This document shows positions 10,764 to 20,476 of a stretch of 64,000 bases of DNA, piece by piece; position 1 is the stretch's first letter, and every line of letters begins with the position of its first letter. The stretch spans positions 96,001 to 160,000 of the forward strand of contig CAVUVW010000027.1 in NCBI GenBank assembly GCA_963745035.1, written 5' to 3'. A model generated the notes under the pieces. That model was not told where the DNA came from and made no database searches. It worked only from the letters and a program-made list of their open reading frames with translations. The stretch comes from an uncultured delta proteobacterium. GTDB lineage: Bacteria; Desulfobacterota; Binatia; UBA9968. Both the position numbers and the translations under genes were made by a program.

Positions 10764-12508
10764 ACTTCCTTGCCTGTTGCCTGCGCGCGCAGCTCGCGCG
10801 TCTGCCCCTCATTCAGCACAAAATCGCCGTCGACCGGTTCAATGGATACACGGTAGATTTCACGCGCGCGCCTGGGGGTGACGTAGCCGTTGCGCACGTC
10901 GTTCAGCACCTTTTGCGGATCGCGTTCGAGCGGATTACCTATGCCACCGCCGCCGGGTGTTTCCAGGCTGAAGACTTCGCCGGGATGGAGCACGTGATCG
11001 GAGTAGCGCGATGGGATAACTCGTTCCTCGGGCTTGCCGGGATTGAGCGTGCACAAGCCGGTTTTGCCGTCCAGGCCGCCGTCGATGCCCTTGGGCGCCA
11101 CGGTGTGCTTGGTCGAGCGCAGTGAGAAACGCGCGTCGTTGTCGAGTACTTCATACTCGCGCACGAAGCCCAAGCCGCCGCGAAACTGGCCGGGTCCGCC
11201 GGAGTCGGCGATCAATTCGAAGCGCCTCACCCGGGTGGCAAACTCCGCCTCGATGATTTCGATGGGCGCAATCTTGGCGTTGGACTGGTTGACGTTGGTG
11301 CCGGAGACGCCGTCTTTGCCGCTGCGGCCGCCGGAGCCGCCGCCGAAGATTTCATACTGCACATAGCCTTTGCCGGTTTTGTTGCTGCGCCCGCCGATGA
11401 TGATCGAGCGGCTGCTGCAGCCGTCGCCGACCTTTTTGTTCGGCGTGATCTGGCTCGATGCTTCGAGCAGCGATTCCACCAGCGCGTGCACCGTCGGGTT
11501 GTAGGTGTTGACCGGCGCCGGGAAGCGCGGATTGACGACGCTGCCTTCGCGCACTTTGATCTCGATGCACTTGGCGAGCCCGTAGTTGATGGCGAGAGCC
11601 GGGTCGACCAGGCAGGTGAGCAGATAGCAGCACGCCGCGCGCACGATGGTCGGGCGAATATTCGCCGGTCCTTTGGTTTGATCCGCCGACCCGGTGAGAT
11701 CGAAGAGCAGGCGATCGCCCTTCTTTTCGATGCGCACGTGCAGGCGCACCGGCTTGTCGAGATCCACGCCGTCGCTGTCGACGAAGCGCTCGCCTTCGCC
11801 TACGGCGTCGGGCCAGGAGGCGATCTCAGTGCGCACCTTGGCTTCGGTCAAGGCGAACAATTCCTCGAACGAGTCGAGAATCGTTTCCTTGCCGTAGCGC
11901 TCCATCATTTCCTGGAAGCGCCTTTCGCCCAAGCGCGCGGCGCCGACCTGGCCGCGCAGATCGCCGACCACCAATTCCGGCGTGCGGCTGTTGCAGCCGA
12001 GCAGCGCTTCGATGTCCTTGCTGGTCTTGTAGGCTTGCACGTATTTGATCGGCGGCACGTGCAGGCCCTCCTGATAGATTTCACGCGCCTGGCTCCAGCA
12101 ACTCCCCGGCACCGGACCGCCGATATCGCTCTTGTGCGCCAAGTTGGCCGCGAAGCCGACCCATTCGCCATGATAAAAAATCGGCGAGAGCACAGCCATG
12201 TCCGGCGCGTGCGGGCTGCCGCCCAGATAGGGATGATTGGTGATGAAGGCGTCGCCTTCGTGCACCTCATCGGCGCTGTAGCTTTTTAGAATCCCCGCGG
12301 CGCAAGCGGGAAAGGCGCCCATGTGCAGCGGCAGCACGACATGCTGCGCGACGACTTCGCCCTGGCGATTCAAGATCGCGCAGCTCGCGTCCTGCGACTC
12401 GCGGATAATCGTCGAGTAGCCGGTGCGGAAGAGCGAGTTCTGCATCTCCTGGACGATGCCGGCCAGGCGCGCCTGGATGACTTGCAACGTTACTGGATCA
12501 ACCTTCAT
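10760..12508 (-). CDS. Hydantoinase B / 5-oxoprolinase subunit B family (paralog 1)
   Basis: DPVTLQV, HKSDIGG, ETPGGGGIGNP. Confidence 0.93.
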   Translation of the reverse strand: MKVDPVTLQVIQARLAGIVQEMQNSLFRTGYSTIIRESQDASCAILNRQGEVVAQHVVLPLHMGAFPACAAGILKSYSADEVHEGDAFITNHPYLGGSPHAPDMAVLSPIFYHGEWVGFAANLAHKSDIGGPVPGSCWSQAREIYQEGLHVPPIKYVQAYKTSKDIEALLGCNSRTPELVVGDLRGQVGAARLGERRFQEMMERYGKETILDSFEELFALTEAKVRTEIASWPDAVGEGERFVDSDGVDLDKPVRLHVRIEKKGDRLLFDLTGSADQTKGPANIRPTIVRAACCYLLTCLVDPALAINYGLAKCIEIKVREGSVVNPRFPAPVNTYNPTVHALVESLLEASSQITPNKKVGDGCSSRSIIIGGRSNKTGKGYVQYEIFGGGSGGRSGKDGVSGTNVNQSNAKIAPIEIIEAEFATRVRRFELIADSGGPGQFRGGLGFVREYEVLDNDARFSLRSTKHTVAPKGIDGGLDGKTGLCTLNPGKPEERVIPSRYSDHVLHPGEVFSLETPGGGGIGNPLERDPQKVLNDVRNGYVTPRRAREIYRVSIEPVDGDFVLNEGQTRELRAQATGKEV

Positions 12509-12513
12509 AAGAT

Positions 12514-12591
12514 AGGCAACAGGCAATAGGCAACAGACAACAGTTTCGGATCGGAATTTTGCTTCTTGCTGTTGCCTGCTGCCTGTTGCCT
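12514..12591. repeat. AGGCAAC 7-mer inverted-arm element
   Basis: aggcaac aggcaat aggcaac agacaac | gtttcggatcgga... | ctgttgc ctgctgc ctgttgc ct. Confidence 0.85.
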
Positions 12592-14663
12592 CATGTCTCC
12601 TTCTCCTTTATGATGATATTCCGATATTCATCCACCGTCGCTTCCTGCTCCGGATGAATCACCGTGGTGGTGTCGAGTTGTTCGACGATGGCCGGGCCGG
12701 AAATTCGGTGTCCAGGTTCGAGGCTTTCGCGATTGTAAATCTGCGTTGTTAGCGTGCCGTGCTCGGTGCCGAAGAAAACTTTGCGCTCGCCGGTTTTTGC
12801 TTCTTCGATTTTGCGGCCCGTGACTTTTCCTGGCGAAAGTTTGGCCTGCGGCACTAGGCCGAGCGAGATCAACCTAAGACTCACCAGCTCGACCGGCTCG
12901 GTTTCCGCTTTGTGGCCGGAATTCTGCTCGTGCAGAGTATCGAAGCGCCGGCGCATCTCGGCGAGATCTTCCTTTTTGAGCGGCGGCATGATGCAGGGAA
13001 CCGTCAGCTCGTAGCCTTGGCCCGCGTAGCGCAGATCGAGGTAAGGCTCGATTTTGATTTCTTCCTCTGCGAATCCTTCGCCGCGCAAATCTTTTTTGGC
13101 TTGCTCGATCAACTGGTTGAATAGCTGGTTGATCTCGGCGAGATCGAGGTCCTCCAGGCCGACGAGCTTGGAACGCACGTAGTCGTGCTTCACGTCGGAC
13201 ATAAGTAAACCCAAGGCAGAATGAACCCCTGGGGTCAGCGGCACGAGTAGTGTGGGAATGCCCAGATCCAATGCCATGCGCCCGGCGTGCATGGGGCCGC
13301 CGCCGCCAAACGCAACTAGGGTGAAATCGCGGATGTCATAGCCGCGCGCGGAGGAAACGGCCTTGATCGCTTCTTCCATCTTCACGTTGATGATCTTGAG
13401 CACGCCGTCGGCCGCTTCGAGTAAGCCGAGCTTCAACGGCTTGGCGATCTTTTCCTCGAGTATCTTTTCCGTCTTGGCTTTGTTGAGCTTCATGCGGCCG
13501 CCGAGAAAATGATCGGGGTCCAGCACTCCGGTGACGATATTGGCGTCCGTGATCGTGATATTTTCGCCGCCGCGGTCGTAACTCACCGGACCGGGATCGG
13601 CGCCGGCGCTGTCGGGTCCGACCTGCAAGCCGCCGACGGCGTCGATGCGTGCGATGGTGCCGCCGCCGGCGCTGACGGTGTGGATGTCGAGCATCGGCAA
13701 GGCGATTGGCCGCATGTTGATTTTTCCTTGGGTCGTGATCACGGGATTGCCTTGATGGATGAGCGCCACGTCGCAGCTCGTGCCGCCCATATCGAAGGTG
13801 ATGATGTTGTTGATGCCGACCCGCTCGCAGGTGCCCATGGACGCGATGACGCCTCCGGCTGGCCCGGAAAGCACGGTCGCGACAGGTTTCTCGGCGGAAC
13901 CTTTGAAGGTCGATACGCCGCCGTTGGATTGCATGATATAGAGCTTCGGCGTCGTCACGCCCATCTCGCGCATCCGACTTTCCAGCCGGCTCAAGTAGCT
14001 CGCCATCACAGGTTGGATGTAGGCATTGATCACCGTGGTGCTGAGCCGGTAGAACTCGCGGATCTGCGGCAGCACTTCGTAGGAAAGCGAAAGCCGCGCT
14101 TCGGGGAATTCTTCGGCAAAGAGATCCTTGATCTTGAGCTCGTGATCGGGATTCAAAAACGAGAACAGGAAACAGACGGCGACTGAATTCACGCCTTTTT
14201 TCTTGAGCCGTTTGATGGCTTCGCGCGACGCTTCGACGTCGATCGTTTTAAGGGCGTTGCCGCGAAAATCGACGCGCTCGGGAATTTCCTCGGTATAGTA
14301 AGGCGGCGCGAGCAAGCGCGGCTTTTCAAAAAAAAGATCGTAGGTCGCCGGGCCGTAGCCCCGGGTTTGCTCCATGACTTCGTAGATGCCGCGAAAGCCC
14401 TGGGTGACCAGGAGGCCCGTCTTGGAGCCTTTCTCTTCGAGCAGCGTGTTGGTGCCGACCGTCGTGCCGTGGCAAAAAAAAGAAACATCCTTGGCGGGCA
14501 CACCCTGATCGACCAGCTCTTTGACCCCATTGAGTACGGCCTGGAAAGGTTCCTTCGGCGTCGAGGGAACTTTGGTGATCGTGATCTCTCCGGAATCTTC
14601 GTTGAAGAAGACAAAGTCGGAGAACGTCCCGCCGGTGTCGACCGTAACTCGGTACTTGGACAT
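12591..14663 (-). CDS. Hydantoinase A / 5-oxoprolinase subunit A family
   Basis: VDTGGTFSD, HGTTVGTN, SGPAGG, FDMGGTSCD, GPDSAGADPGP. Confidence 0.95.
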   Translation of the reverse strand: MSKYRVTVDTGGTFSDFVFFNEDSGEITITKVPSTPKEPFQAVLNGVKELVDQGVPAKDVSFFCHGTTVGTNTLLEEKGSKTGLLVTQGFRGIYEVMEQTRGYGPATYDLFFEKPRLLAPPYYTEEIPERVDFRGNALKTIDVEASREAIKRLKKKGVNSVAVCFLFSFLNPDHELKIKDLFAEEFPEARLSLSYEVLPQIREFYRLSTTVINAYIQPVMASYLSRLESRMREMGVTTPKLYIMQSNGGVSTFKGSAEKPVATVLSGPAGGVIASMGTCERVGINNIITFDMGGTSCDVALIHQGNPVITTQGKINMRPIALPMLDIHTVSAGGGTIARIDAVGGLQVGPDSAGADPGPVSYDRGGENITITDANIVTGVLDPDHFLGGRMKLNKAKTEKILEEKIAKPLKLGLLEAADGVLKIINVKMEEAIKAVSSARGYDIRDFTLVAFGGGGPMHAGRMALDLGIPTLLVPLTPGVHSALGLLMSDVKHDYVRSKLVGLEDLDLAEINQLFNQLIEQAKKDLRGEGFAEEEIKIEPYLDLRYAGQGYELTVPCIMPPLKKEDLAEMRRRFDTLHEQNSGHKAETEPVELVSLRLISLGLVPQAKLSPGKVTGRKIEEAKTGERKVFFGTEHGTLTTQIYNRESLEPGHRISGPAIVEQLDTTTVIHPEQEATVDEYRNIIIKEKET

Positions 14664-14822
14664 GGTTTTTTCGTCTATCACTAAACTTGCGGAGCTTCAA
14701 TTCAGAGCGCGTTGCAGCGCAGCCCTCGCTGCAACCAAATAGGAACAGTTCACCACGGAGGCTCCGTGGGCTTATGCTCGCCCACAGGTGTTGAACACAC
14801 GATCACGCTGCAAGCCCACACA

Positions 14823-14924
14823 TGTCATGCTGAGTGCCAGTGAAGCATCTGCTTTTCGAACGGAGAAAAAGCAGATTCTTCGGCGGAGTTTAGCCTGAGA
14901 CTGACGAAGGGCCTCAGAATGACA
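14823..14924. repeat. TGTCAT...ATGACA REP-like palindromic element
   Basis: tgtcatgctgag...ctcagaatgaca ends; 3' half closely resembles 29210-29260. Confidence 0.8.
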
Positions 14925-14990
14925 GGGAGGGATCAATGCAGCGATACAGCCAATTTTTCGGAGGCGGGCGCGAAGCACACGAAGGCTTTC

Positions 14991-15010
14991 GTAGGGTGCG
15001 CTTGCGCACC
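14991..15010 (+). repeat. GTAG-type REP
   Basis: GTAG-GGTGCGC-TT-GCGCACC. Confidence 0.65.
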
Positions 15011-15129
15011 GGCATAGTCAGCGTCTTTCTGGCGCAGACAAATTCGTGGACGTCTTATCGTCGTTTTTAGCAGTCAGCTCGACCGGGCGATGCGCGTTTA
15101 GTTGTCTCGCTACATCGACTCAACCGTCC

Positions 15130-15159
15130 GTCATTCCGGCCGGTGAGCCGGAATCCAGG
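15130..15159 (+). repeat. GTCATTCC-type REP-like hairpin
   Basis: gtcattccggc-cggtga-gccggaatccagg. Confidence 0.55.
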
Positions 15160-15270
15160 TTTGGGGGTGGGCATTCTTCTTCACGATAATCAGAGGAGGA
15201 CAACGCCAAAAGCCTATTTGGTGCGGCAACGAGCCGAACTAAAAAAGAACTCCGGCCGTGGACAACGATT

Positions 15271-16347
15271 CTAGGCCGCAACCAGATTGCGGTAGTGACC
15301 TGCCTTCGATATCGGCGGCAAGCCGGTAATGATCTTTTTCCAGCTCTCGCCCAGATCCTCCGAGGAGAAAACCTCCCCTGACGTCGTCGCTGCGAAGATC
15401 GCCGTCGATTGTCCCGATTCTTCGAGGCAGAACGCTTCGATGCTCGCTTGCAGGCGATCCGGCAAACCGTTGCGCAGGATCTCCCAGGTGCGGCCGCCGT
15501 CTTGGCTGCGCGAGATGCGCGCGCCGGCGAAATGCGTCGTGCGCCAGGTACCGGGCGCGTCATGCGCGGCGGTCATGAAAATCAACTTGGGATCCGACGG
15601 GCGAAACACGAAGCCATCGGGATAGCCGCCGATTTCATCTTCTCTGCGCGTCCATTGCTCCCAAGTGGCGCCGCCATCGGGACTGACGTAAAGGCCGCGG
15701 CCGGTCACCGCGTAGAGAAAATTCGCATCGCTCGGATGGATCATGATGCGGTGTACGTCTTCGTACAAATCCGGAAACTCCTGCCAGCTTTTGCCGGCGT
15801 CCGTGCTCTTGAGCAGGCCGCCGACTTCGATGGACGCGTAGATCGTCGTAGGAGCGGCAGGATCGAAGTTGATGTGTTTCACGTGGCCGATGTGCGGCGG
15901 CGCGGGAAAATTCCATTTGGGAACGCTCGGCACCGAGCGTAGTGACGGTATTTCTTGCCAGTTGAGGCCGAGATCGTCGCTCGCGAAAAGGTGCGCCGGC
16001 TCGGTGCCGGCGAACACGCGCACCCGCCCGTCCACCCGGCGGGCGGCGAGCGAGTAAACGTTATTTTGCGTCATGCCGTTGCTCCGCTGCTCCCAGCTTT
16101 TGCCGCCGTCGGCGCTCACATGCACCCCGCCGTGAAATGCGCCCGCGAAGATCAGGCCGCTTTCGGGCTCCGCGATGAGCGCGCTGATGTGCTTGTCCGG
16201 TATCGTCCGATGCGCGATCTTCCATTCGGATCCGGAGCCGTCGCGGACAATCGTGATCGCGCCTTCTCGTGTTCCGACCAGGATTTCATTGGAAGGCAAG
16301 TGAGAGGCATAAATGGTCGTGCCGCCGTGGGACAATTCGATCGCCAT
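15271..16347 (-). CDS. BNR/Asp-box repeat beta-propeller protein
   Basis: Repeated SxDGGxTW boxes (SADGGKSW, SDDLGLNW, STDAGKSW, SPDGGATW, SQDGGRTW, SEDLGESW). Confidence 0.88.
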   Translation of the reverse strand: MAIELSHGGTTIYASHLPSNEILVGTREGAITIVRDGSGSEWKIAHRTIPDKHISALIAEPESGLIFAGAFHGGVHVSADGGKSWEQRSNGMTQNNVYSLAARRVDGRVRVFAGTEPAHLFASDDLGLNWQEIPSLRSVPSVPKWNFPAPPHIGHVKHINFDPAAPTTIYASIEVGGLLKSTDAGKSWQEFPDLYEDVHRIMIHPSDANFLYAVTGRGLYVSPDGGATWEQWTRREDEIGGYPDGFVFRPSDPKLIFMTAAHDAPGTWRTTHFAGARISRSQDGGRTWEILRNGLPDRLQASIEAFCLEESGQSTAIFAATTSGEVFSSEDLGESWKKIITGLPPISKAGHYRNLVAA

Positions 16348-16426
16348 GATTTATCCTCCTAGAAACGTTTCTATCACGTTCTTCGTCTGAACGTCGATCT
16401 CGTTTCGCTCGTTCATCCCTTGATGG

Positions 16427-17501
16427 TCAGCGTGCCGCCCGCCCAGTCGGATCCGCCTTGGCGCTGACGCCGATTTCGCGCAGCACGCCGTCGACGAAGC
16501 GGGTATCGGCCCATTCGGCAACTTCGATTTTCGGCACTTTGTCCAAGATGCCGGCCTGGTATAAAAAGTCGGCGCTTTTCTTGTACGCTTCCAGATTCAT
16601 CAAACCATTTACCGCCCAAGCCGTTTTAAAACCGTTCCACAAGATTCGCCACGTCGTTGCGGTCGACGTCGGGACGGCGCTTGGTGATGGCGGCGACCCA
16701 GGCCTCCTGGTTTTCGGCAAAGTGCCGGCTGGCCTTCATGATCGCGGCGGTGAAGCGCCGCAGGTGCTCCGGCTTGTCCTCCATCACTTTGGTGGTGACC
16801 GCATTCACTTTTTCGATCACGGACGCATTGTCGAAAAAGGTGTTGTGATCGACCAACACGCGCACGCCCGCTTCTTTTTGAATCGTAATCCAGGTTCCAA
16901 CGGAAAGCGACGTGGCGTCGACGCGTCCGGCCACCAGCGCTTGGGCACGGGTGGAAGGCACGCCCATGGCGACCATGGTCAGGCTGGCCGGGTTGAGGCC
17001 GAGGGCTTTCAACGCGATCGTCGAGAGCGAGTGGTCGACGCTGCCGAGGCGCGAAACGGCGAAAGTTTTGCCTTGCAGGGCGCTGACCGACTTGAATTCG
17101 TCTTTGGCAGCGATGAGAAAGTAAAGTCTGGCATCGGGCGAATGGATGGCGCGCATGGGCTGATTTTTCATCGCGGTCATCCGAATGACCTCGGACGTTG
17201 AAACATTGGCCACGTCGACATCGCCGGAGATCATCGCCGCGATCGCCAGCGGAGTTCCCTGGAATTCGTTCAGCTCGACGTCGAGTCCTTCGCGCGCGTA
17301 AAATCCCAAATCCTTGGCGAGCCAAAGCACCGAGTTGGGCAGCGGCGGCGCCGGCGCCGAGCCAAGGCCCAAGCGCAGCTTGAGCATCTCGCGCGGCTTT
17401 TCGGCGGCTTGCGGCGTCGATGCGACCAAGCAGGCCGATCCGATCAACAGAGCGAATAGAAGTTTTGTGATTCTCGTTTTACGCGGGCCGTCGTCGCGCA
17501 T
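16427..17501 (-). CDS. NMT1/SsuA-type solute-binding protein, frameshift near 16640
   Basis: Signal peptide; GFYAREGLDVEL; LQGKTFAVS; C-terminus in ORF 16427-16720. Confidence 0.8.
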
Positions 17502-17505
17502 GATT

Positions 17506-18294
17506 CTAACGAGTCCCTTCCGAGGTTTTCTTCTTTTCCGCGTCGAGGTCTGCGAGCAACGGATGCGGGTAGAGTTTTTTATTCTGATGGTCCGCGTCGG
17601 CCTTTTGCAAGCGATGGAGCAGATCCTTTTCCATGATGTCGAGGTGCTGGAACATGGCGCCCTCGGCCTCCGCTGCGTCGCGCTCCAAGATCGCCCTGAA
17701 GATCTGCTCGTGCCAGCGTCTGGCCATCGCGTGCCGCTCGGTCCTGGTCATGCGAACCTGCGCGTCGTCAAAGAGCTTCCAATAAAACGGCAGGCGAAAA
17801 AACAGACGACGCCCGGCTTCATAGACTTGAACCAAGGCGGGATTGTGCGCGGCCGTTGCCAACGCGTCATGAAACAAGCGATTGGGATTGCCGCGCTCGG
17901 TGTTTCGCGCCACGTCGGCCTCGATCGCGGAGCGCATGGCGTCGATATCCTCGGCGGTCGCGCGCAGGGCGGCCCAGCCGGCGACTCGGACCTCCATCAG
18001 CTTGCGCACTTCGAAAAGTTGTCTGATCGAAGTTTGCGCCGCGAGCGCCGGAAGATCGCCGGGGATATGCAACGACTCGGCGTCGGTGACGATCGCGCCA
18101 CGGGCTGAGCGCGCCACCAGTCCGCGCACGGCGAGCGATTTTAGCGCCTCACGAATCGTGGTGCGGCCGACGCCGAAGAGTGAACAAAGGGATCTTTCCG
18201 ATGGAAGTCGCTCGCCGGGCTTGAATTTGCCGTGAGAGATTTGCTCCTGCAGATCTTTGGCGATTCTGTCGACGCGGCTGTTAACTTCGATCAT
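17506..18294 (-). CDS. GntR/FadR-family transcriptional regulator
   Basis: PGERLPSERSLCSLFGVGRTTIREALKSL wHTH; FCD domain (FHDALATAAHNP). Confidence 0.93.
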   Translation of the reverse strand: MIEVNSRVDRIAKDLQEQISHGKFKPGERLPSERSLCSLFGVGRTTIREALKSLAVRGLVARSARGAIVTDAESLHIPGDLPALAAQTSIRQLFEVRKLMEVRVAGWAALRATAEDIDAMRSAIEADVARNTERGNPNRLFHDALATAAHNPALVQVYEAGRRLFFRLPFYWKLFDDAQVRMTRTERHAMARRWHEQIFRAILERDAAEAEGAMFQHLDIMEKDLLHRLQKADADHQNKKLYPHPLLADLDAEKKKTSEGTR

Positions 18295-18370
18295 TGGTCT
18301 GGCCAATATCTCCTTGACAGCCCAAAATTGGCTGCTGTATATCAAAAAGACGTTTCTTTGGCCAGACCAA
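18294..18370. promoter_or_regulatory. Divergent promoter with two FadR-type operators
   Basis: TTGGTCTGGCCAA (18294-18306) and its exact reverse complement TTGGCCAGACCAA (18358-18370) flank TTGACA (18314-18319). Confidence 0.7.
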
Positions 18371-18404
18371 ACTTTCATAGCCGCTTATTTGGAAAGGAGA
18401 CAGG

Positions 18405-19373
18405 ATGAGCTCCAACGAGAAGATTGTCGTATTCGGACCGGCGCTGCCGCTCAATTTGGCGCCCATGTGGGTGGCTTACGACAAGGGATTTTTCAAAGAG
18501 GAAGGGTTGGACGTCGATCTGCGGCCGGTGCAAGGCATTCCCGATAGCCAGCACCCGCGGCATCAGTGGCGCAAGGACGGCGCGATCATCTTTCAGTCGC
18601 CCGGCGGCTCGCCGCCGTTTCGTTCCGTGTTGGAAAATCGCGATCACATCGATGGGGAAGTCAACGTGGTGTCGATCGCCAACCGGACGGCGCATGTATT
18701 CGTCGCGAAGCCCTATGTCAAGGATGTTGCGGATCTCAAAGGCAAGAAGATCGCCGGCGATCTCAAAGGCGGCTCGAGCATGGACGCCAAGATGGTGATG
18801 CGCCACTTCGGGGTCGATCCGGAAAAAGACGTTACGTGGATCGATAGCCGCGGCAAGCCGCCCAATACGGAACGCTTCCGCTTGGCACTGTTCGAAAAAG
18901 GCGAAGTGGATGCGGTCTGCTGTGATCCGCCGCACTGGAACATCGCGGTGCAGATGGGCGGTCACGCGCTGCAGTCGTGCCGCGATCTGTTTTCGATTCC
19001 CGAGGCTGGCTTTTCGACGTCGCCCGCGGTCATCGCAGAGAAGCCGGTCGTGGTCAAAGGCATGGTGCGGGCGATCCTCCGCGGCACGATGGTCGCCAAG
19101 TACAGCAAGGAAGAAACGCTCGACTCGATTCTGCGCCACAACCATTTCATCAACCGCGAGCTGGCTAGTCTGGCCTACGAGGAGGTGCACAAGGAATGGG
19201 GACCGGTGCTCGATCTCGACGCTTACCAGCGCAAGGTGGATTTCTATACCCAGGAGTGGAACCTGCCGAAAAAGCCGGTGAGCGATTACTACAACTTCAA
19301 ATACCTCAAGGAAGTTCTCGACGAACTGGATATGCTGCGCACGTGGGATCCGCGCATGGATTTTAAGCCATAG
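18405..19373 (+). CDS. NMT1/SsuA-fold protein without signal peptide
   Basis: KGFFKEEGLDV, DLKGKKIA, GVDPEKDV. Confidence 0.82.
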   Translation: MSSNEKIVVFGPALPLNLAPMWVAYDKGFFKEEGLDVDLRPVQGIPDSQHPRHQWRKDGAIIFQSPGGSPPFRSVLENRDHIDGEVNVVSIANRTAHVFVAKPYVKDVADLKGKKIAGDLKGGSSMDAKMVMRHFGVDPEKDVTWIDSRGKPPNTERFRLALFEKGEVDAVCCDPPHWNIAVQMGGHALQSCRDLFSIPEAGFSTSPAVIAEKPVVVKGMVRAILRGTMVAKYSKEETLDSILRHNHFINRELASLAYEEVHKEWGPVLDLDAYQRKVDFYTQEWNLPKKPVSDYYNFKYLKEVLDELDMLRTWDPRMDFKP

Positions 19374-19405
19374 ATGGCAAAAGGAAAAAGGCAAAGGGCA
19401 AAAGT
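19374..19405 (+). repeat. 7-mer tandem array (AAGGCAA variant)
   Basis: atggcaa aaggaaa aaggcaa agggcaa aagt. Confidence 0.55.
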
Positions 19406-19418
19406 GAGGAGAACTTTA

Positions 19419-20468
19419 GTGCGCGGAAGAAGAATTTTCGCGACGGCTACAGCAATTTCTCTCACGGTCCTTTTCGCGGCCGCCGAGGGAGTGCGCGCGC
19501 AGTCATCGTTCTTCGAAGACAAAACGATTCGGTTGGTGCTGGGGTTTTCTCCCGGTGGCATCAGCGATCTGTGGGCGCGCGCGCTCGGCCGGGCCATGAC
19601 GCCGCACATTCCCGGCAAGCCGAATATCATCCTGCAGAACATGCCCGGCGCCGGTTCGCTGACCGCGGCGAATTACATTTTCAGCGTCGCCAAGCCCGAC
19701 GGCTTGACGATCGGATTTGTCACGCCGGGTCTCTACTTCAATCAGCTTACGGAAATGAAGGAAGTGAAGTTCGACTGGGCGAAATTCAGCTGGATCGGCT
19801 CGCCGGAGCGGACCGTGCGCATCATCTACAGCCGCACGGACACGCCGTTCAAGTCGCTCGAAGATATTCGCAGCACTCCCGAGCAGCCGCGCTGCGGCGC
19901 GACGGCGCTCGGCACAGTAGGACATTATTTTCCACGGCTGATCGAAGAAGTTGCCGGAGTGAAATTCAGCATCGTGACCGGCTATCCGGGAGCGGCGGAA
20001 ATCGATCTCGCCATGGAAAGGGGCGAGGTGCAGTGCCGCGCCGGCAGCCTGGAAGGCTACTTCGGTAGCGAGCCCACGCGCGGTTGGTACAAGAGCGGTT
20101 TCACCCGCGTGCTGGTGCACGGCAGTCCGAAACGCGACTCGCGCCTTCCGGAGGCGCCGACAGTCAATGAAATCTTGGACAAACGGAAAGCGCCGGATGT
20201 GACGCGCCGGCTGGCCGTCGTGCTTATGGCACCGGATTCGATCGGCCGCCCCCTGATCGCGCCGCCGGGTCTGCCTGCGGACCGGCTGGCGATGCTGCGC
20301 GAAGCAATGATAAAGGGACTCAGCGATCCGGAGTTCAGAGCCGAAGCGCAAAAGCGCGGTTGGGACGTGGAACCGGTGACCGGACAGGAACTGGAAGCGA
20401 TCGCCAAGAAAGTCGTAGTACAACCGCCGGACGTCGTCGAACGCATGAAAAAAGTCCTGGCGCAGTAA
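19419..20468 (+). CDS. Bug/TctC tripartite tricarboxylate transporter substrate-binding protein
   Basis: GFSPGGISD, NMPGAGSL, KPDGLTIG, GYPG; GTG start after GAGGAG. Confidence 0.9.
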   Translation: MRGRRIFATATAISLTVLFAAAEGVRAQSSFFEDKTIRLVLGFSPGGISDLWARALGRAMTPHIPGKPNIILQNMPGAGSLTAANYIFSVAKPDGLTIGFVTPGLYFNQLTEMKEVKFDWAKFSWIGSPERTVRIIYSRTDTPFKSLEDIRSTPEQPRCGATALGTVGHYFPRLIEEVAGVKFSIVTGYPGAAEIDLAMERGEVQCRAGSLEGYFGSEPTRGWYKSGFTRVLVHGSPKRDSRLPEAPTVNEILDKRKAPDVTRRLAVVLMAPDSIGRPLIAPPGLPADRLAMLREAMIKGLSDPEFRAEAQKRGWDVEPVTGQELEAIAKKVVVQPPDVVERMKKVLAQ

Positions 20469-20476
20469 AATTATGC

